A stretch of DNA of 64,000 bases from Sphaerodactylus townsendi (lineage: Eukaryota): assembly GCF_021028975.2 (NCBI RefSeq), contig NC_059439.1, positions 40,052,001 to 40,116,000 on the forward strand. The letters are read 5' to 3'. The notes beneath the pieces were generated by a model. That model was not told where the DNA came from, searched no databases, and was given only the letters and a program-made list of their open reading frames with translations. A program made the position numbers and the translations under genes. Position 1 is the stretch's first letter, and each line of letters starts with the position of its first letter. Below, piece after piece: positions 28,801 to 42,204 of the stretch.

Positions 28801-30508
28801 TCTCCTATTGCCTCCCATTGGAAACAATGGGGGATAGGGGGACCCCCTTTGGGAGTCCATAACTTTGGACTCCCTGAACCAAACCTCACCAAACTTGGGG
28901 GGTAGCATAAGGACAGTCTCCTGATGATACGCTGAAATTTTGGTGCTGCTAGCCTAAAATCCGCGCCCCCTGCAGGCCAAAAATGGAAAACCACTAAAAT
29001 ACCCAAAAACGAACCCTGCATTTTGATGCCCCCTATAAGGTGGTGCCCTGGGCAGCTGCCCACCTTGCCCAATGGGCATTACGCCCCTGTGTAATAGGGT
29101 TTGCTGGGTTTTAGATTCACATGACCTCAGGATTCAATGCTTTAATTGGTTGAATTTTAGTCGCGTTGTCAGCTGCCCTGAGCTCTGCTGTGACCGTGTG
29201 CGGGAGACGCAAACACACAAAATAGCCGCTCTCCAGGATCCAACCGGTCATCTTCTGAGCGCCATGCAAAGGCTCCGCCCCTGAGCCCCAGCCCCTCCCA
29301 GACCTGTTTCTCTGCCTGTCAGCGTTTCTCAGGGCAACCAGCCGTGGGGCTGAGTAGACCAGGTGGGGGCTGAAGAACAAGCACTAAGCAGACAGGGGGG
29401 GCAGGAGGCCCAGGCAGCCCAGAAACAGCTAGAAATCCAACAGGGAGAGTACAGTGTAGTTGCAACTACCAAAAAGACTCACTGCGCCCTCTAACGGCAC
29501 TGATTCATGAACTACTTACAGCCAGGTGTGGTGATTCTTTTTTGGCAGCTGCAGCTGGAAGGTGGCTCCTAAACACGCCAAGCTGCTGGGCGGGGTCAAA
29601 GGGCACTCAGGTCTGCTGCCATTCCATTCTAGATGGAGTGGTAATCCACGAGTCCCTCTGCCCCTCCCCATGAGCAAATGAGTGGCGCCCCCGGGGCCTA
29701 CCCGTGAAGGCTTCGGGGTCAATGTGGACCGCCTGCAGGGGGTTTCCGTCGTCGTCCAGGCCGAAGGTCAGCTGCACCTCGTCGGCATTGTACGTTTGGG
29801 ACCTGTGGGAGAGGAAGGCCGGGTGGGGGCTCTCCTGCCTGAGCTGTCACTCAGAAGCACTGTTTGCCAACTACGCAGCCCCCGGGGGTCCTCGGGGCCC
29901 GTCCCTGAGCACAGGCTCCAGTACTGCCCGGCCCCACCCCAGGAGCAGCTGCACGCCAGCCCTGCGCTCGCTCTCACCGAAAGACGAGGGAACAGTTCTG
30001 CCAGTCAAACGGGAAGAAGGTCACCGCGATGGAGCAGGTGCTTCGGAAGATGGCCGGCGGCAGCCAGTACATGTACCCCCCCGGGTAGATCAGGACGTTG
30101 GAGAAATAAGCCACTTCAAACTGGCCATCGATGCTTCCAGGGGAGTGGGGGGGGAGTGGACAGAAGAGAAGCGGCAGCTGTTGGGGCTGGCGTCCGGAGG
30201 TGTGCCGGGAAGCATCTCCCATTGTGGGGCCACCCCTCTGGCCCTCCCCCAGCCCCCTCGACTCACTTGTTCTCCAGGACAATGTCCGGCAGCCAGACCT
30301 GGTCTGCAGGGACCTGGAGGGCAGAAACCCCACCGAAATCTTCACTGGCATAGTCCAGGCGGTAATCGTGCCACTCCTGAGGGCAAAGAGAGTCTTGAGC
30401 GGGGGTGGGAGAGAGGCTGGAGCTGCCCCAGTCGTGTGGCCCTTCTGCCCACGGCCAGCTGGGATTCCTGGGGACCCCCACGGCCCCCCAGGCAGGGGAG
30501 AGTTGGGG

Positions 30509-30539
<31 letters not shown>

Positions 30540-31101
30540 CCCCGAGAAGCAGGGCTGGCGATGGGCAGGGGGGGCGCTTACTTGTGTGATCCAGACGTTG
30601 GTGGTGAGCGTCTCTTCCTTCTCGTTCTGTGGAGGGAAGCCTGTGCTTGAACTGGCCCTTCTCCCTGGGGAGAGGTTCAGGGGCCACTTGCCCACGGGCT
30701 CCCACCCACCCCCGGGAGGTGATTTGGGCAGCCCCTCAGAAGCCAGGCTGGAGTGCGGGGGGGGGGACTCCACCCCCTTACCAGTGAGATGAGGTTGGTG
30801 AGGGTCAGCTTGATGGAGACTTCCACCACCTCTTCCGCTTGGCGCACAGGCCGGCGGCTCTTGTCGTAGTTGGCAAACAGAGTGTCGAAGAGCCGGGCGT
30901 CTTCGTTGGCCTCCAGGAGCCCTGAAGGGTGGGGGGCCAGGGGAGAAGACCCCCTTTAGACCCGCCAAGAAGACCCCCTGCAGGGGAAGCCCTGGAAACC
31001 AGCCCTTCTCCCTGCCCACCCCCGCCCCCAGCCCTCCCTTCCTTACGGAGTGTCCCCCAGCAGACCAGCACCCCCAGCCATAGTTTCCTTGGGGGTCCCA
31101 T
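23511..31101 (-). CDS. CHRNE: CHRNE copy 2, exons 1-10; exons 7-9 frameshifted as assembled, exons 11-12 not found (gap at 22863-22962)
   Basis: Exons 31047-31101, 30782-30921, 30582-30626, 30267-30376, 29978-30133 and 29702-29802 are intact and near-identical to copy 1. Exons ~27812-28013, ~27111-27228 and ~26204-26326 are indel-ridden. Exon 10 at 23511-23724 is intact ([11 protein letters not shown]...[29 protein letters not shown]). Confidence 0.85.
24277..24867. mobile_element. Copy-2 equivalent of hAT MITE 497-1087
   Basis: Same TIRs and TSD. Confidence 0.85.
28155..29089. mobile_element. Copy-2 equivalent of hAT element 5739-6675
   Basis: Same flanks and right TIR (ttacgcccctg + tgtaatag). 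The left end carries substitutions. Confidence 0.85.
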
Positions 31102-34100
31102 GGCAGCCTCTCTGGGGCTGGCTCCTTGCAGCAGCAGCAGCAGCAGGCTCTGGGGAGGGGGAGGGGCTGTTCAGCAGGCCTTCCCCCCGCCCCCCAGCTT
31201 GGTGTTCGCTTTCAGGGCTTAGCCCTCCGGGAGGGCCACTTCCTGCAGCTGTCCGGTGTCTCCGGATGCCTGGGAGGTTTCTGCCAAGAAGGGAAAGTGT
31301 CCGGAGGCACCCTTTCGCCTGGGGGGCGGGGGGGGGGAGAAGAGGAGGGGGGTGTTTCATGCCCTGGGCTGTTGCAATTTGCAAGCGTCTGTCGCAACCA
31401 GTCACTGAAGGGTTGACATCTGTTTGTGTGCAAACAGGATTCTGAGACCGTACTATTGATTAGCTATTGGTCAGTCTATCGGAGGCTTTCGTGATGCTGC
31501 CTGCAGCCTGCCTCTTTCTATGTTTTGTGACCCACCTGCAGTCATAGCTAGGAAAGTGTAACTGAAGGAGTCACTCAATGCAGCTTCTTCACATCTCTTC
31601 CAAAATGCCAGATCTGGTTTCCCTCGGTTTGGACGCCTTCCTCAGAGAACCCACCACCAGCCGGGCTTCTCCTCTCCACAAGCCCCTCATTCATTCTGAC
31701 CCCATTCATATTCACCTGCCCAACAGCCTCTGGTTTGTGCCCCTGGCTATCTCCTGTTTGACCTGCCAAATTCCCCTCCCCCCCGCAGAAAAGGGGGCTG
31801 CCAGCTGGGTCTCAAAAACTGTCCTGCCCCTTTAACAGAGGCTTCATGGGGGTGGGTTTCACCTCCCACCTGTGAGAAGCGTTGGCTGCCTGTGCCCAGA
31901 GGACATTTTAGGCCAGACCTCCTGGCTCCAGCGGCCGTGGCAAAGGTCCTCCTGGCCTGCCACAGCCTCTTCGCCTGGCCCGCAGCAACAAAACTGGACG
32001 CCTCTTCCCCTTCTAAGAATAAACTGCCCATTGGCTTGCAGGCATCAGTCGCCCTGCCCTGGGGCCGCATGCAAGAGGCAGCTGTTTCCGGGGAGAGGGA
32101 GCTGCCGAATCCTCCCCCATGCCACACACGGAGAGGGGGGAGCAGAAGACCCCAATTTCCACCCCAAGCCCTCCCCCCTGACATGTCTGCCATGCCTGCT
32201 GCTAACTCGGCCCCTCCTCCTGTGTGCCATGTCCACGTGCTCCGCAAGAGTCTCTCTTCTGTTGCTTGAGGTGTCAGAATTATTGGCAGAGCCACAAGTC
32301 AGAAAGTGCCGTGATCCAGCGTTCAAAGTCTACTTCGGCAGCTGCAGAAGGTGGAGCAGGTGGCTGAGAATATCGGGCAGCACCGGCCAGTTCTGTGTTG
32401 AGGAAGAGGACCTCCCCTCCCTCCCCCCCCCAACCCGGCAGAAACCTCTCTTCCAGACACGTGGGAAAGGAGCCCTGCCCAGAAGAGGGCAAGCAATTCA
32501 GACCAGATCCAATTGGCCATGCTGGCAGGGGCTGATGGGGATTGTAGTCCATGAACACCTGGAGAGCCGTAGGTTGCAGACCGCTGGACTAGATCTTGTT
32601 GACCTGGGGCGGAGCTGCACTTCGCACTGAAACCGTTTGGAAGCCGGTTTGACGCTTGCCGGGTTCTGCTGGGAACTGGAGCTCATGAGGGAAGGCAGGA
32701 AACCAGACGGCTTCCGTTGCTGAGCCGGTTGGAGGTTCAGAGGAGTGTGGGATCAGGGTGGGGTGGGAAGCAGAGGCACAGGCGGTGCACCCGGCCAGGA
32801 AGAGGACAGCGAGGCAGAAGGCAGCTTGGGTGAAAGGCTTGGGAAGAGCAGAACATATTTGTTGGGGTTATATACCAAAAGAACTCCAACCATATTCTAA
32901 GCTTATTACTTACCTTACGGTGGTAAGGTTACTAATTGCAGCCAACTGGAAATTAAAGAAGGTTCCATCTCTAGAAGAATGGTTGGAAAAATTTATATTC
33001 TTATGGATGTGGGATTGCATTGCATTATCTTTTACAGAAGAAGATACAAAGAAGAGAGGTTATAAGAATTATGCCCATATAGATTGTAAAGAGAAAGTAT
33101 GTACAACTATACACGTAAGTTTTTCTTCATGTATAATATAAGTGATCTACTGTTGTACGTATTTTTAATTTATTAATAAAAGTGAATTATTAAAAAAGAA
33201 GAAGTGGGGAAGGTCAGCTTAGGAGCTCCACTGGGGAGTGTTTAAAACTGAAAGAGAATTTTAAAAAACCGAAAGGACCCCATAATAACAGGCCTCCTAA
33301 CAGGGAGCCCACAGTAGGGGTCCCCCAACCCAAGGCCACCTGTCCTTGGGCCACTCACGCTTCTCTCCCGGCTCCCCCCACGGGGAGGTTTCCATGCCTC
33401 TGGGGCCTGACTGGCCTTGAACTGTGGTGTCCAGCTGCAAAGCCTGCCGGGGGGAGACCTGGACTGTTCCGAGAACCTCCTCCTGACACTCCTTCCTCCT
33501 GATCGGCTGCAGTAGCTGAGCAGCATCTGACTCCACAGTGCTCGGGAGAGCTGACCCCCCCCCCCCCCCCCCCACGCCCCTGAGCCTGCTGTCCTAGAAC
33601 GCCTCTGCCATCATTGCACCCAGGCCATTGCTGTCATAAGGGTCACAACCATCGTTATAACGATCATTATAATACCCATCACTATCATAAGGGTCACAAC
33701 CATCGCTATAATGGCCATTGCTGTCATAAGGGTCACAACCATTGCTGTCGGGTCACAGCCATCGCTATAGCTTATCGTTATAGCGAAGAATTCTTTTGGT
33801 GACAGTGATGGGTGTTATAATGACGTTATAACACCCATCGCTGTCATAAGGGTAATCACATCCTTATAACGACTGTTATAGCCATCGTTATAACGGCCAC
33901 ACGTCATGCAACGGCCACTGACCGTTCTGTAACGACGGCAGGCTCAGGGGCGGGTCCGGGAGTGGCGGGGCGGGGAGGGAAAGGTCGGCCTCCCGACCAC
34001 TGGGGCTGACAGTTTGCGTGAAAGCGGAGTCCTTTGAGAGAGTAACCCGTGGCAGGAGTGTCGTCCCAGAGTCCAGTCTTCCAGCAGCAGCCCTGTTCTG

Positions 34101-37100
34101 GAGTGGGGGAGGGGCTGCCGGTGCTGCTCGGGAAGCTGCTGCGGGTGGGTGGAGGGAGGGAGGCGGGAGGGCGGGGAGTTCTGGTCCCGGGAAGGGGATG
34201 CATGGCTGGGCTGAAGACCCCAGCAGGGGCGACAAAGACCAGGGCTGCAAGGCCTTGCAGTAAGAGGCCAGCTCCACCAGGGGCAGCAGCTTCCTCTTCT
34301 TTCCTGAGCCAGCAGTGCCGTTATATCGATCCTTCCTATCGTTGGGACGACACGACACCTCCACCTCCCGCTTGAGTGGCGGTCGGGGCCAGAGAGGCGG
34401 AAGAGTCCAGCTGGAGAAGGGAGGAGGGGGCTGTTTCTGCAGGGACCGCTGCTGCTGGAGGCCTGTCGTCAGCTGGGGACTCTAGTCAGCCTCCCTCTCT
34501 GGCCCTGTGGACGGGGAGGAGCAAGGGCAGGAGGAGCTACTCGGCTGGGAGGTCCTGTGGGGGGGGCAGGAGGAGGGGGCCACTACGGGGGAGGCAGAGG
34601 CGGAGGGCCATGGAGCAGGAGGCGGGGGGGGGGTTGCTTAACATGGCAGCACCGGCCACTCTGTGTTGAGGGAAGAGGACCTCCCTCCCCCCCCCCCCCA
34701 ACCCGAACCCTCTCTTCCAGACCCGGGGAAGGAGTCAGGCCCTGAGAAGGGGAAGAAGCACATGCAAGGGCGGGCACTCCTACTATACCCCCCCCCCCAC
34801 GTTTCTTAAGGTCAAGAGACTAAGAGTGAAACCAGGCCAAGGAATGGGAACCGGGCTGGCCTTTGGAAGGGGGCGAGGCTGGAGTTGGTTCCCAGCTCTT
34901 TACTTGCACTTCCTACTTCAGTTTTTGAGAATCCAGCCGTGAATGTTTATTTTACCACCTGCGTTTCTCAGTGAGACGCCAAGAAGGTCTCGGATACCCA
35001 CGAGGCCGCCTCCTGCTGAGTCCGTCAGAGAGTGGATCTGAAAAGAGAATCTGGGGAAATTTAGGGGGTGCCTGTTGTCAGGGGTGCAATTATTAGGATA
35101 GCAGTTCAAAATTTCTCTAGAGATCTTCGTGAGACCGAAAGGATGATACCACCCAGGTTTGGTGAAGTTTGGTTCAGGGGTCCAAAGTTATGGACCCTCA
35201 AAGGTGTAGCTCCCATCTCCTATTAGCTCCCATTGGAAACAATGGGGGACGGGGGCACTCTCTTTGGGAGTCCTAAACCAAATCTCACCAAACCCAGGTC
35301 ATATCATAAGGAGAGTCTTCCCAGTCCCTGAAATTTTGGTGCTGCTAGGTTGAAATTCGCGCCTGGCTGCAGGCCAAAACGAAAAAAAACACTGAAAATA
35401 CAAAGTCCCCCACAAATGAGCCTGCAATTTTGTCACCCACCCCAAGGAGGCTTCCTGGGCAGCTGCCCACCTTAAGCCCAATGGGAGGAACGCCTCTGGA
35501 ACTGGCCCTGAAAGGGAGCGAGGCTGGAGTTGGGTCCCAGCTCTACTTGCACTTCCTACTTCAGTTTTTGAGAATCCAGCCTGAATGTTTATTTTACTCA
35601 CCTGTGTTTCTCACTGAGAGGCTGCTAGGCTGTCCTGAGACCCACGAGGTCAGCCCTGCTGAGTCAGACTGGTGGTCCGTGTTGTCTGCTCAGACTGACA
35701 GATATTCTCCAGGGTCTCCGGAGGAAGAAAAGGGTCGTGATGCTCTGACACCACTAACTGTTTCTGGCTGTTTTTGCAAGCAAAGAAAAGTTCAGGCACT
35801 TTGCTTGCTTAGAGGAGTTTCTTTCCTCCTGGATAGTTAACTGAAGCAGTGACAGAAAAGTTAAATGAGCTGCTTTTTAGCAGAGGTTAAGGGTGGAGAG
35901 GGGCCTTCTTACCTGACAGGAGGCCAAAATCGAATCCAGGGGTTCATGTTAAAGTGCTTGGATAGATGGATAGATGGATAGATGGATAGATAGATAGATA
36001 GATAAACCTTTATTAGGCATAGAATCCATATAACAGCCAACATTGTCCAAACAAGTATCCCATACATGAGAACCATCGCAGGTAATCATTTCAAAGTTTC
36101 TATATGGAACCTAGCTACAAAAAGCGCTAAAATCTCGAGGCAGAATTGTTTAGTAGAACGCACTTTCCCCACACAGCAGAGTATTCATTAAAGATTACAG
36201 GACAAAGAGCAAAAAAGTCTGGTCCTAGATCCCTCTTATTTGGGGGGGGCAGTCAAGCAACATATGTTCCATAGTTTGTACTGCTGTGGTACAATGGGGA
36301 CATTTCTGCTCTTGCAGGTCGCATTCTTTGAACCTTCCCTTGCAGCATAGAGCAAGGAAGGATACAATGAGCCCCAGTGATTATCCATCTATGCTTGTTC
36401 CTGAAGCAAACTCAAATAATCTGCCATGTGATTGATTTTAAATTCTGATGTTGCAAGAGGGGGGAGCAATTGCTTTGCCTTGTCCTGCAGAACTTGAAAC
36501 TTTGATCTAGCAGTCGCCTTTTTAATTGAGAGAAGATTTCAGAAGGCAGCATTTGCAAGGCTTCCCAGGAAAATCCCAGGAAAGTATTTTAGTGCTATAA
36601 TGAGGTGGTAATCTAGTAAATTAGATATACCTCTGGTTCCTATGTCCCTACTCGGCCTCTGTGATCTGCGGAGGCAAACCTACTGGTGGTCCCTGGCCCC
36701 TCAATGATACAACTGGCCTCCACCTGGGCCAGGGCCTTTACTGCCTTGGCCCCTGCCTGGTGGAACACTCCCTTTGGCCATCAGGGCCCTGCAGGACCTT
36801 GGACAGTTCACAGGGCCTGAAAAACGGAGTTGTTTTTTACTGGCTTTGGGAGGCTGGTCTCTGATACGCCCCGGCCATCCTCTGTATACCATCACATCTA
36901 GTTGCCGCTATTGTTGTGCCCAGTCCCCTCCTGGGGGGCGGGGTAGGTGGTTTTTAGTCATCTGCTGTTGGGTTTCTTGTTATCTGCTTTTGTTGTGTTA
37001 AATTATTTCTGGTTTCTTATCATATATTGTAATGTTATGTTTTAATGGTATTTTGTTCTATTGTACAATCACCTAGATTCTTCGGGGTGTAAGGTATAGT

Positions 37101-40100
37101 AAGTCTCACAAACAAAAACAAAAACTATTGCAGAAGCAAATCATATGCACCTGCTCATTGGTTCATCTGCAACTGTGTTGATTATCTCATCATATTTACT
37201 TATGAATTTATTTAGATAACAATCACATTATTATAATAGAACAGACCCTAGGGAAAAAGAAGTGACGACATTTTCTCTATAACTATGTACTACAGTACAA
37301 GCAGATCAGATTAATCTGACAGAAGTCTCAGAAGATCTAATAAAGTGGAGATTTTGGGTATTAAACTTGGGGTTTTTGTGAAGTCCCAAAAGCAAGGGAC
37401 AAAAGCGAGATTGGATTTTCTGCTATTACTTGCTATAACGTGACTAAGCAATGCAAGGAATGTATTGTCGAAGGCTTTCACGGCCGGAATCACTGGGAAC
37501 ACTCCAACGCTGGGAATGTTATGTTGGCATATTCATTTTCACAGTGATCGTGAGGGCTAATTCTTATTTGTTGACTATTCTGTCTTGTTCAATAAAGAGA
37601 ACAATCTCTTTTCTCCGTCACAGATAAAGGTCTCCACAGATTTTCTGTCTGGTTTGTTGGATAAAGTTTGCTGGGGAATCTTCCCTACTGTTTTGTATGA
37701 TCAGAATTGAAGGTCGAGAATCACCCTTTTAATGAACAAATCCTGCAGGACTCTGCTGCTCCTAAACAGTTGATGGAGGCAAAATCTTGGAGGGTCTAGT
37801 TCGATCTTCAAATGGGGTGTGGGAGGGAACGACAACCCTCAAGTGTATTCCTGCCCCCCCCCCCCCCTGCATTTCCTTCTTGATGTTTATTTCCCAGGCC
37901 CAACTCCTCACCCTACGGGCGCCGGATCAGATGCCACCAGCACCTGCCACCCAACAAGGCAGAGCCCGGTCCCTTTTGGGATGTAGGTTCTGATGTGCTA
38001 TCAGTGAGGGGATGGCAAAGCCCTGCTTTTAAAAGTGTCGAAGACTCTCTTGCTTGTTTTTGCTGCAGCAGAGACATGCTCCTCCCCACCCCCTGGGAAT
38101 TTTTTTTAGAATAGTCTCCTGAGCAAGGCTACCAGCTGAGGACAAGAGGGAACTCCACGCTCACCCTGCAAACAAATACACCCCACCTTTCCTGTTTGCC
38201 CAATGCTTTAGAGCAGGGGTCCCAACACACCACCTATATAAGCCCCAAAGGATCCATACTGACACCATACCTGGCCTCTGCCAAGCATTCCCAGGAAGCA
38301 GGGTTCTACAGGCCTCCGGGACTGGCCTCCTGGAGATGCAATTTGCTGTCCAGGTCAAAATAAGGTTGCTTTGGAGGCAGCTGCCCCAAGACTTGGCCTC
38401 TGTTTCCTTGGCTCTGTGCCCCCTTCCAGTACCTTTTTCAAAATGATCCCTCTTCTGTCCTGTAGCTCATCTTCCTGTGGGAGTAGGTAGACCCCCCCCC
38501 CCCCAGCTGTCATTTTGTAGCAGTGCCACCCGGTCCCTGGGCCAGAATGCCCAGATCCTCTCCAGGAGTTTTGGCCAGTCCAACAATTCAGACCAGATCC
38601 TGTGGATCTGGGGCAGAGCTGCACTTCGCACTGAAACCGTTTGGAAGCCGGTTTGACGCTTCAAGCCGGACTGGCTGGGAACTGGAGCTCATGAGGGTGG
38701 CAAAACCAGATGGCTTCCTGCTGCTGAGCCGGCTGGAGGTTCAGAGGAGTGTGGGATCAGGGTGGGGTGGGAAGCAGAGGCACAGGCGGTGCACCCGGCC
38801 AGGAAGAGGACGGCGAGGCAGAAGGCAGCTTGGGTGAAAGGCTTGGGAAGAGCAGAACACCCCCCCCCTGCAAGGTAGGCCCTTCCCACCATTCCACCTG
38901 CAGGTCCTGCTCAATCAAAAACGGGGAGGGGGCTTTCTTCCCACATCAAGAAGTGGGGAAGGTCAGCGCAGGAGTCGACTGGGGTAGCCCGCAGGGCTGC
39001 ACGCTCCTGAGTAATCGTCAAACCCGTCCAGCTGGTGCTTGGAGTGCTATTAGAATATCGTGTTGGGGAAAACAAAAACAAATCCCCGCCCTGACAGGGG
39101 GAGGGCCCCCCGTGTGGCCCCCTTCAGCTCCCTGAAAGAGAGGGAACCAGGCCGTCTCTTGCCGGTACCCCAGAGGGTGGGATGGGACCCAAAGTCACAG
39201 CAGGGAAGGGGTCGGTTGCTCATGAGGAGAAAGGGCCCAATGGTGAGAGCCCCAGATTTGGGGATGAGTGGGCAGGCCTGGACGGTTGCCCCCCACCCCA
39301 GGGTTCTCTGCCCAGGCAGTGGTCATGGAGTTCGTGGGAGGGGTGGCAGGGGAACCACGAGCCCCCTCTAGTGGCATTGGCCCAGGGCCCTGCTGAACAG
39401 GAGGAGGAGGAGGAGGCCGTGTCAGTGGCAGCCCCACGGTCTGGGAAGCGCCCCGTCCCCATCCGGAGGGGAGAGGAAGACCTTTTCATTCAGGGCTGCG
39501 CTGGGCTGAGTCCGGCAGCAGCTGCCCTGCGTGGTGGTTTTGCATTTTGGTTGGATGCTTTACATTTTCTGCTCTGCTTCATCCACGTTTGTCGGGCAGC
39601 ACCTTGAGCTCCATGCGGAAGGCCAGGGGCTAATAAATGTTCTGAACGAACAAACAGAACGAACAAGATCTCAGGCAAATGTCCACCCTGCGGGGGTCAG
39701 GGTGGACGGCCCGAGTGGGAGCCCACGGCCACTCCTGCCAGGAGACCAGGAAGGAACTCCTGCTCCCGCCCCCCACCCCCCTGCAACAACTGGAGTATTG
39801 TGTGAAAGGGCAACACCCACTAGCCAAGGATCACTTCAGTGCAGAGAAAGGGGACTTCGCCTGTGTGAAAACAAAGACTGCCGTGCTTGCAGGAAAGTCG
39901 CCTGCCTGCACTGTGAGTGGCACCGCTAGCCTGGGCATCCGGTCTGGGCGCTATCTCCGTGGCACTCCTGGCAGGGCCCTTTCCGGCTGCTCCTGGCCTG
40001 GCCTATCTGCAGTGCCCACACCAGGGGAGGGGGTGGGGTGCTTTCCTTCATCGAGTAGGAGACCCACTCCATGGACTACAATTCCCATCAGCCCCTGCCA

Positions 40101-40317
40101 ATTGGTCATGCTGGCAGGGGCTGATGGGAATTGTAGTCCATAACATCTGGAGTGCCAAAGGTTCGCCACCATGGCTCTAATCTATGGGGGTGGGCCACCA
40201 CCATGGCAACGCAATAGGGGGCCTGCTCCCCACCCGCCTCCTCGGCCAGCAGCGGCCTCTGCCCCGGTTCTTCTCCCAGAGCTGACGTGTCTCTTCCCTC
40301 TCCCGCAGAGGTGCCGC

Positions 40318-42204
40318 ATGGCCCTTCCCCTGGCCCTCCTGGCCCTCTCGGCCCTGGCCGGAGCCCTCAGCCAGCCGGACCTCTGCGAATACGAGACCAA
40401 CAAGATCAAGGACCTGCTTCAGGCCAGCTGCGCCGGGAAGGGGCTGGCGCTGGTGCCCTCGGGGCTGGACAACGGCACGGGCATCTTGCTGCTGGGCTCC
40501 AACCGCCTGGCTCGGGTCTCCACGGCCTCCTTCCGGCACCTGCGCAACCTGACGGACCTGGACCTGTCGCACAATGGGATGGGGGAGCTGGAGGCCGCCT
40601 CCCCTCTGCCCGGCCTCCAGGAGTTGGACCTCTCCTACAACGCCCTGAAGCGCCTGCCCGCCCTGCAGGGGTTCCCCAACCTGCGTCGCCTGTCTCTGGG
40701 CCACAACGCCCTCTCCTGGCTCCCCACGGGGGGCTTCCGTGCCCTCGGGGGCCTGACGGACCTGGAACTACAGGGGAACCGGCTGCAAAGCCTGCCGGAG
40801 GGAGCCTTCTCGGGCCTGGCTGCGCTGAAGGACCTGGACTTGTCCGAGAACCTTCTGACGGCGCTGCCACCGGAGCTGCTGGTGGCGCTAGGGGCGCTGC
40901 ACACGCTGCGCCTGGAGAGGAACCGGCTGCAGGCTGTGCCAGAGGGCTTCTTCCCCGAGGGGCAGCTTTTTGCCTACGTCTACCTGGCCGGGAACCCCTG
41001 GCTCTGCGACTGCGCACTGGAGTACCTGCGTGACTGGATTGTCGAGAATGAATTCAGTGTGTACACCCGGGTGCAAGGGCCGGAGAAAGAGATCACGGAG
41101 AACGAACCCGAAAGCGTCACGTGCCAAGAACCCCCGGAAGTGCTGGGGCAGCCCGTCATGACCTTCCACCTCGACTGTGTGCTGGAGGGGCCCAGGGGGG
41201 GCTTAGGGGATGAGAAGCCGTCTGGGCTCCAGGGATCCACCTCGGGCCCCAGCACTTCCCCTGATGTGCCCTCCGCCCCACTTTTCCCTACGACCTCCAC
41301 AGCCTCCCCCACAAGGCCGGAGCCTCTGGCCTCTGCACATCCAACCCGCTCACTGACCACAAGGAAAGCCACCCCCCTGACACGCTCCCCAACCACGGCC
41401 ACCCCAAACACTTCGCCCACCACCCTGGGCAGTCTGCCCTCAACGGTCCCCACAACTGTCCCCATGGCAGCCGCTGCCACCAGCCCGTCACCCACCACCC
41501 TGGGCAGTCTGCCCTCAACCGTCCCCACGGCAGCCACTGCCACCAGCCCGTCACCCACCACCCTGGGCAGTCTGCCCTCAACCGTCCCCATAGCAGCTGC
41601 TGCCACCAGCCCGTCACCCACCACCCTGGGCAGCCTGTCCCCCACAAGACGCCCAGGCTCCACTGCCCATCTTCCACCGCCTCCTGCTCCGGACCACCCT
41701 GCCTACTGCCAGTGCCCCATGCTGCCCGGCAGGGCCTTAGGGCTGACCAGGCCGCAGCCACTGCCAGTGTCCTGGGGAGCCTGGTTGGCAGCTACTTGCT
41801 GCCCTCTGCGCCTGGTGCTGTACGTGGCTTGCCTGGCGCTGGTGTCCCTGTCAATCCTAGCAGTGCTCTGCTGGTGGGCCTGGATGTGCGTGGGCACCCG
41901 GGGGTGGTCCTCAGAAGGGGCCCAGCCAGCCAGGCACCAACAGCTGCAGCATGCAGCATGCGACACGTGCCATGTGCCACGTGCGGGCTACCAGCCTCTG
42001 CCCAGGGCCCGCCTCTACCGTGTCTGCAAGAAGCTGGAGATCGGGCCCCTCCGCTACGTCACCTGGCTACTGATCAGCTTGCCGGGACCTTCAGGACAGT
42101 GGCCTTGGGAGCGCACGGGCAGACTCCCCTCCTACAGGCTGGACCGAGGGGAGAAGGAGGGCCCCTGGCCTCGGCGGGTGAAGCATGCCTCCTCCACGCT
42201 GTAG
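40318..42204 (+). CDS. GP1BA: GP1BA copy 2 (628 aa)
   Basis: Intact ORF. The differences I can see from copy 1 are about 4 substitutions: H>Y at 40636, TATAAT>TAATAT in the stalk, and one silent change. Confidence 0.9.
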   Translation: MALPLALLALSALAGALSQPDLCEYETNKIKDLLQASCAGKGLALVPSGLDNGTGILLLGSNRLARVSTASFRHLRNLTDLDLSHNGMGELEAASPLPGLQELDLSYNALKRLPALQGFPNLRRLSLGHNALSWLPTGGFRALGGLTDLELQGNRLQSLPEGAFSGLAALKDLDLSENLLTALPPELLVALGALHTLRLERNRLQAVPEGFFPEGQLFAYVYLAGNPWLCDCALEYLRDWIVENEFSVYTRVQGPEKEITENEPESVTCQEPPEVLGQPVMTFHLDCVLEGPRGGLGDEKPSGLQGSTSGPSTSPDVPSAPLFPTTSTASPTRPEPLASAHPTRSLTTRKATPLTRSPTTATPNTSPTTLGSLPSTVPTTVPMAAAATSPSPTTLGSLPSTVPTAATATSPSPTTLGSLPSTVPIAAAATSPSPTTLGSLSPTRRPGSTAHLPPPPAPDHPAYCQCPMLPGRALGLTRPQPLPVSWGAWLAATCCPLRLVLYVACLALVSLSILAVLCWWAWMCVGTRGWSSEGAQPARHQQLQHAACDTCHVPRAGYQPLPRARLYRVCKKLEIGPLRYVTWLLISLPGPSGQWPWERTGRLPSYRLDRGEKEGPWPRRVKHASSTL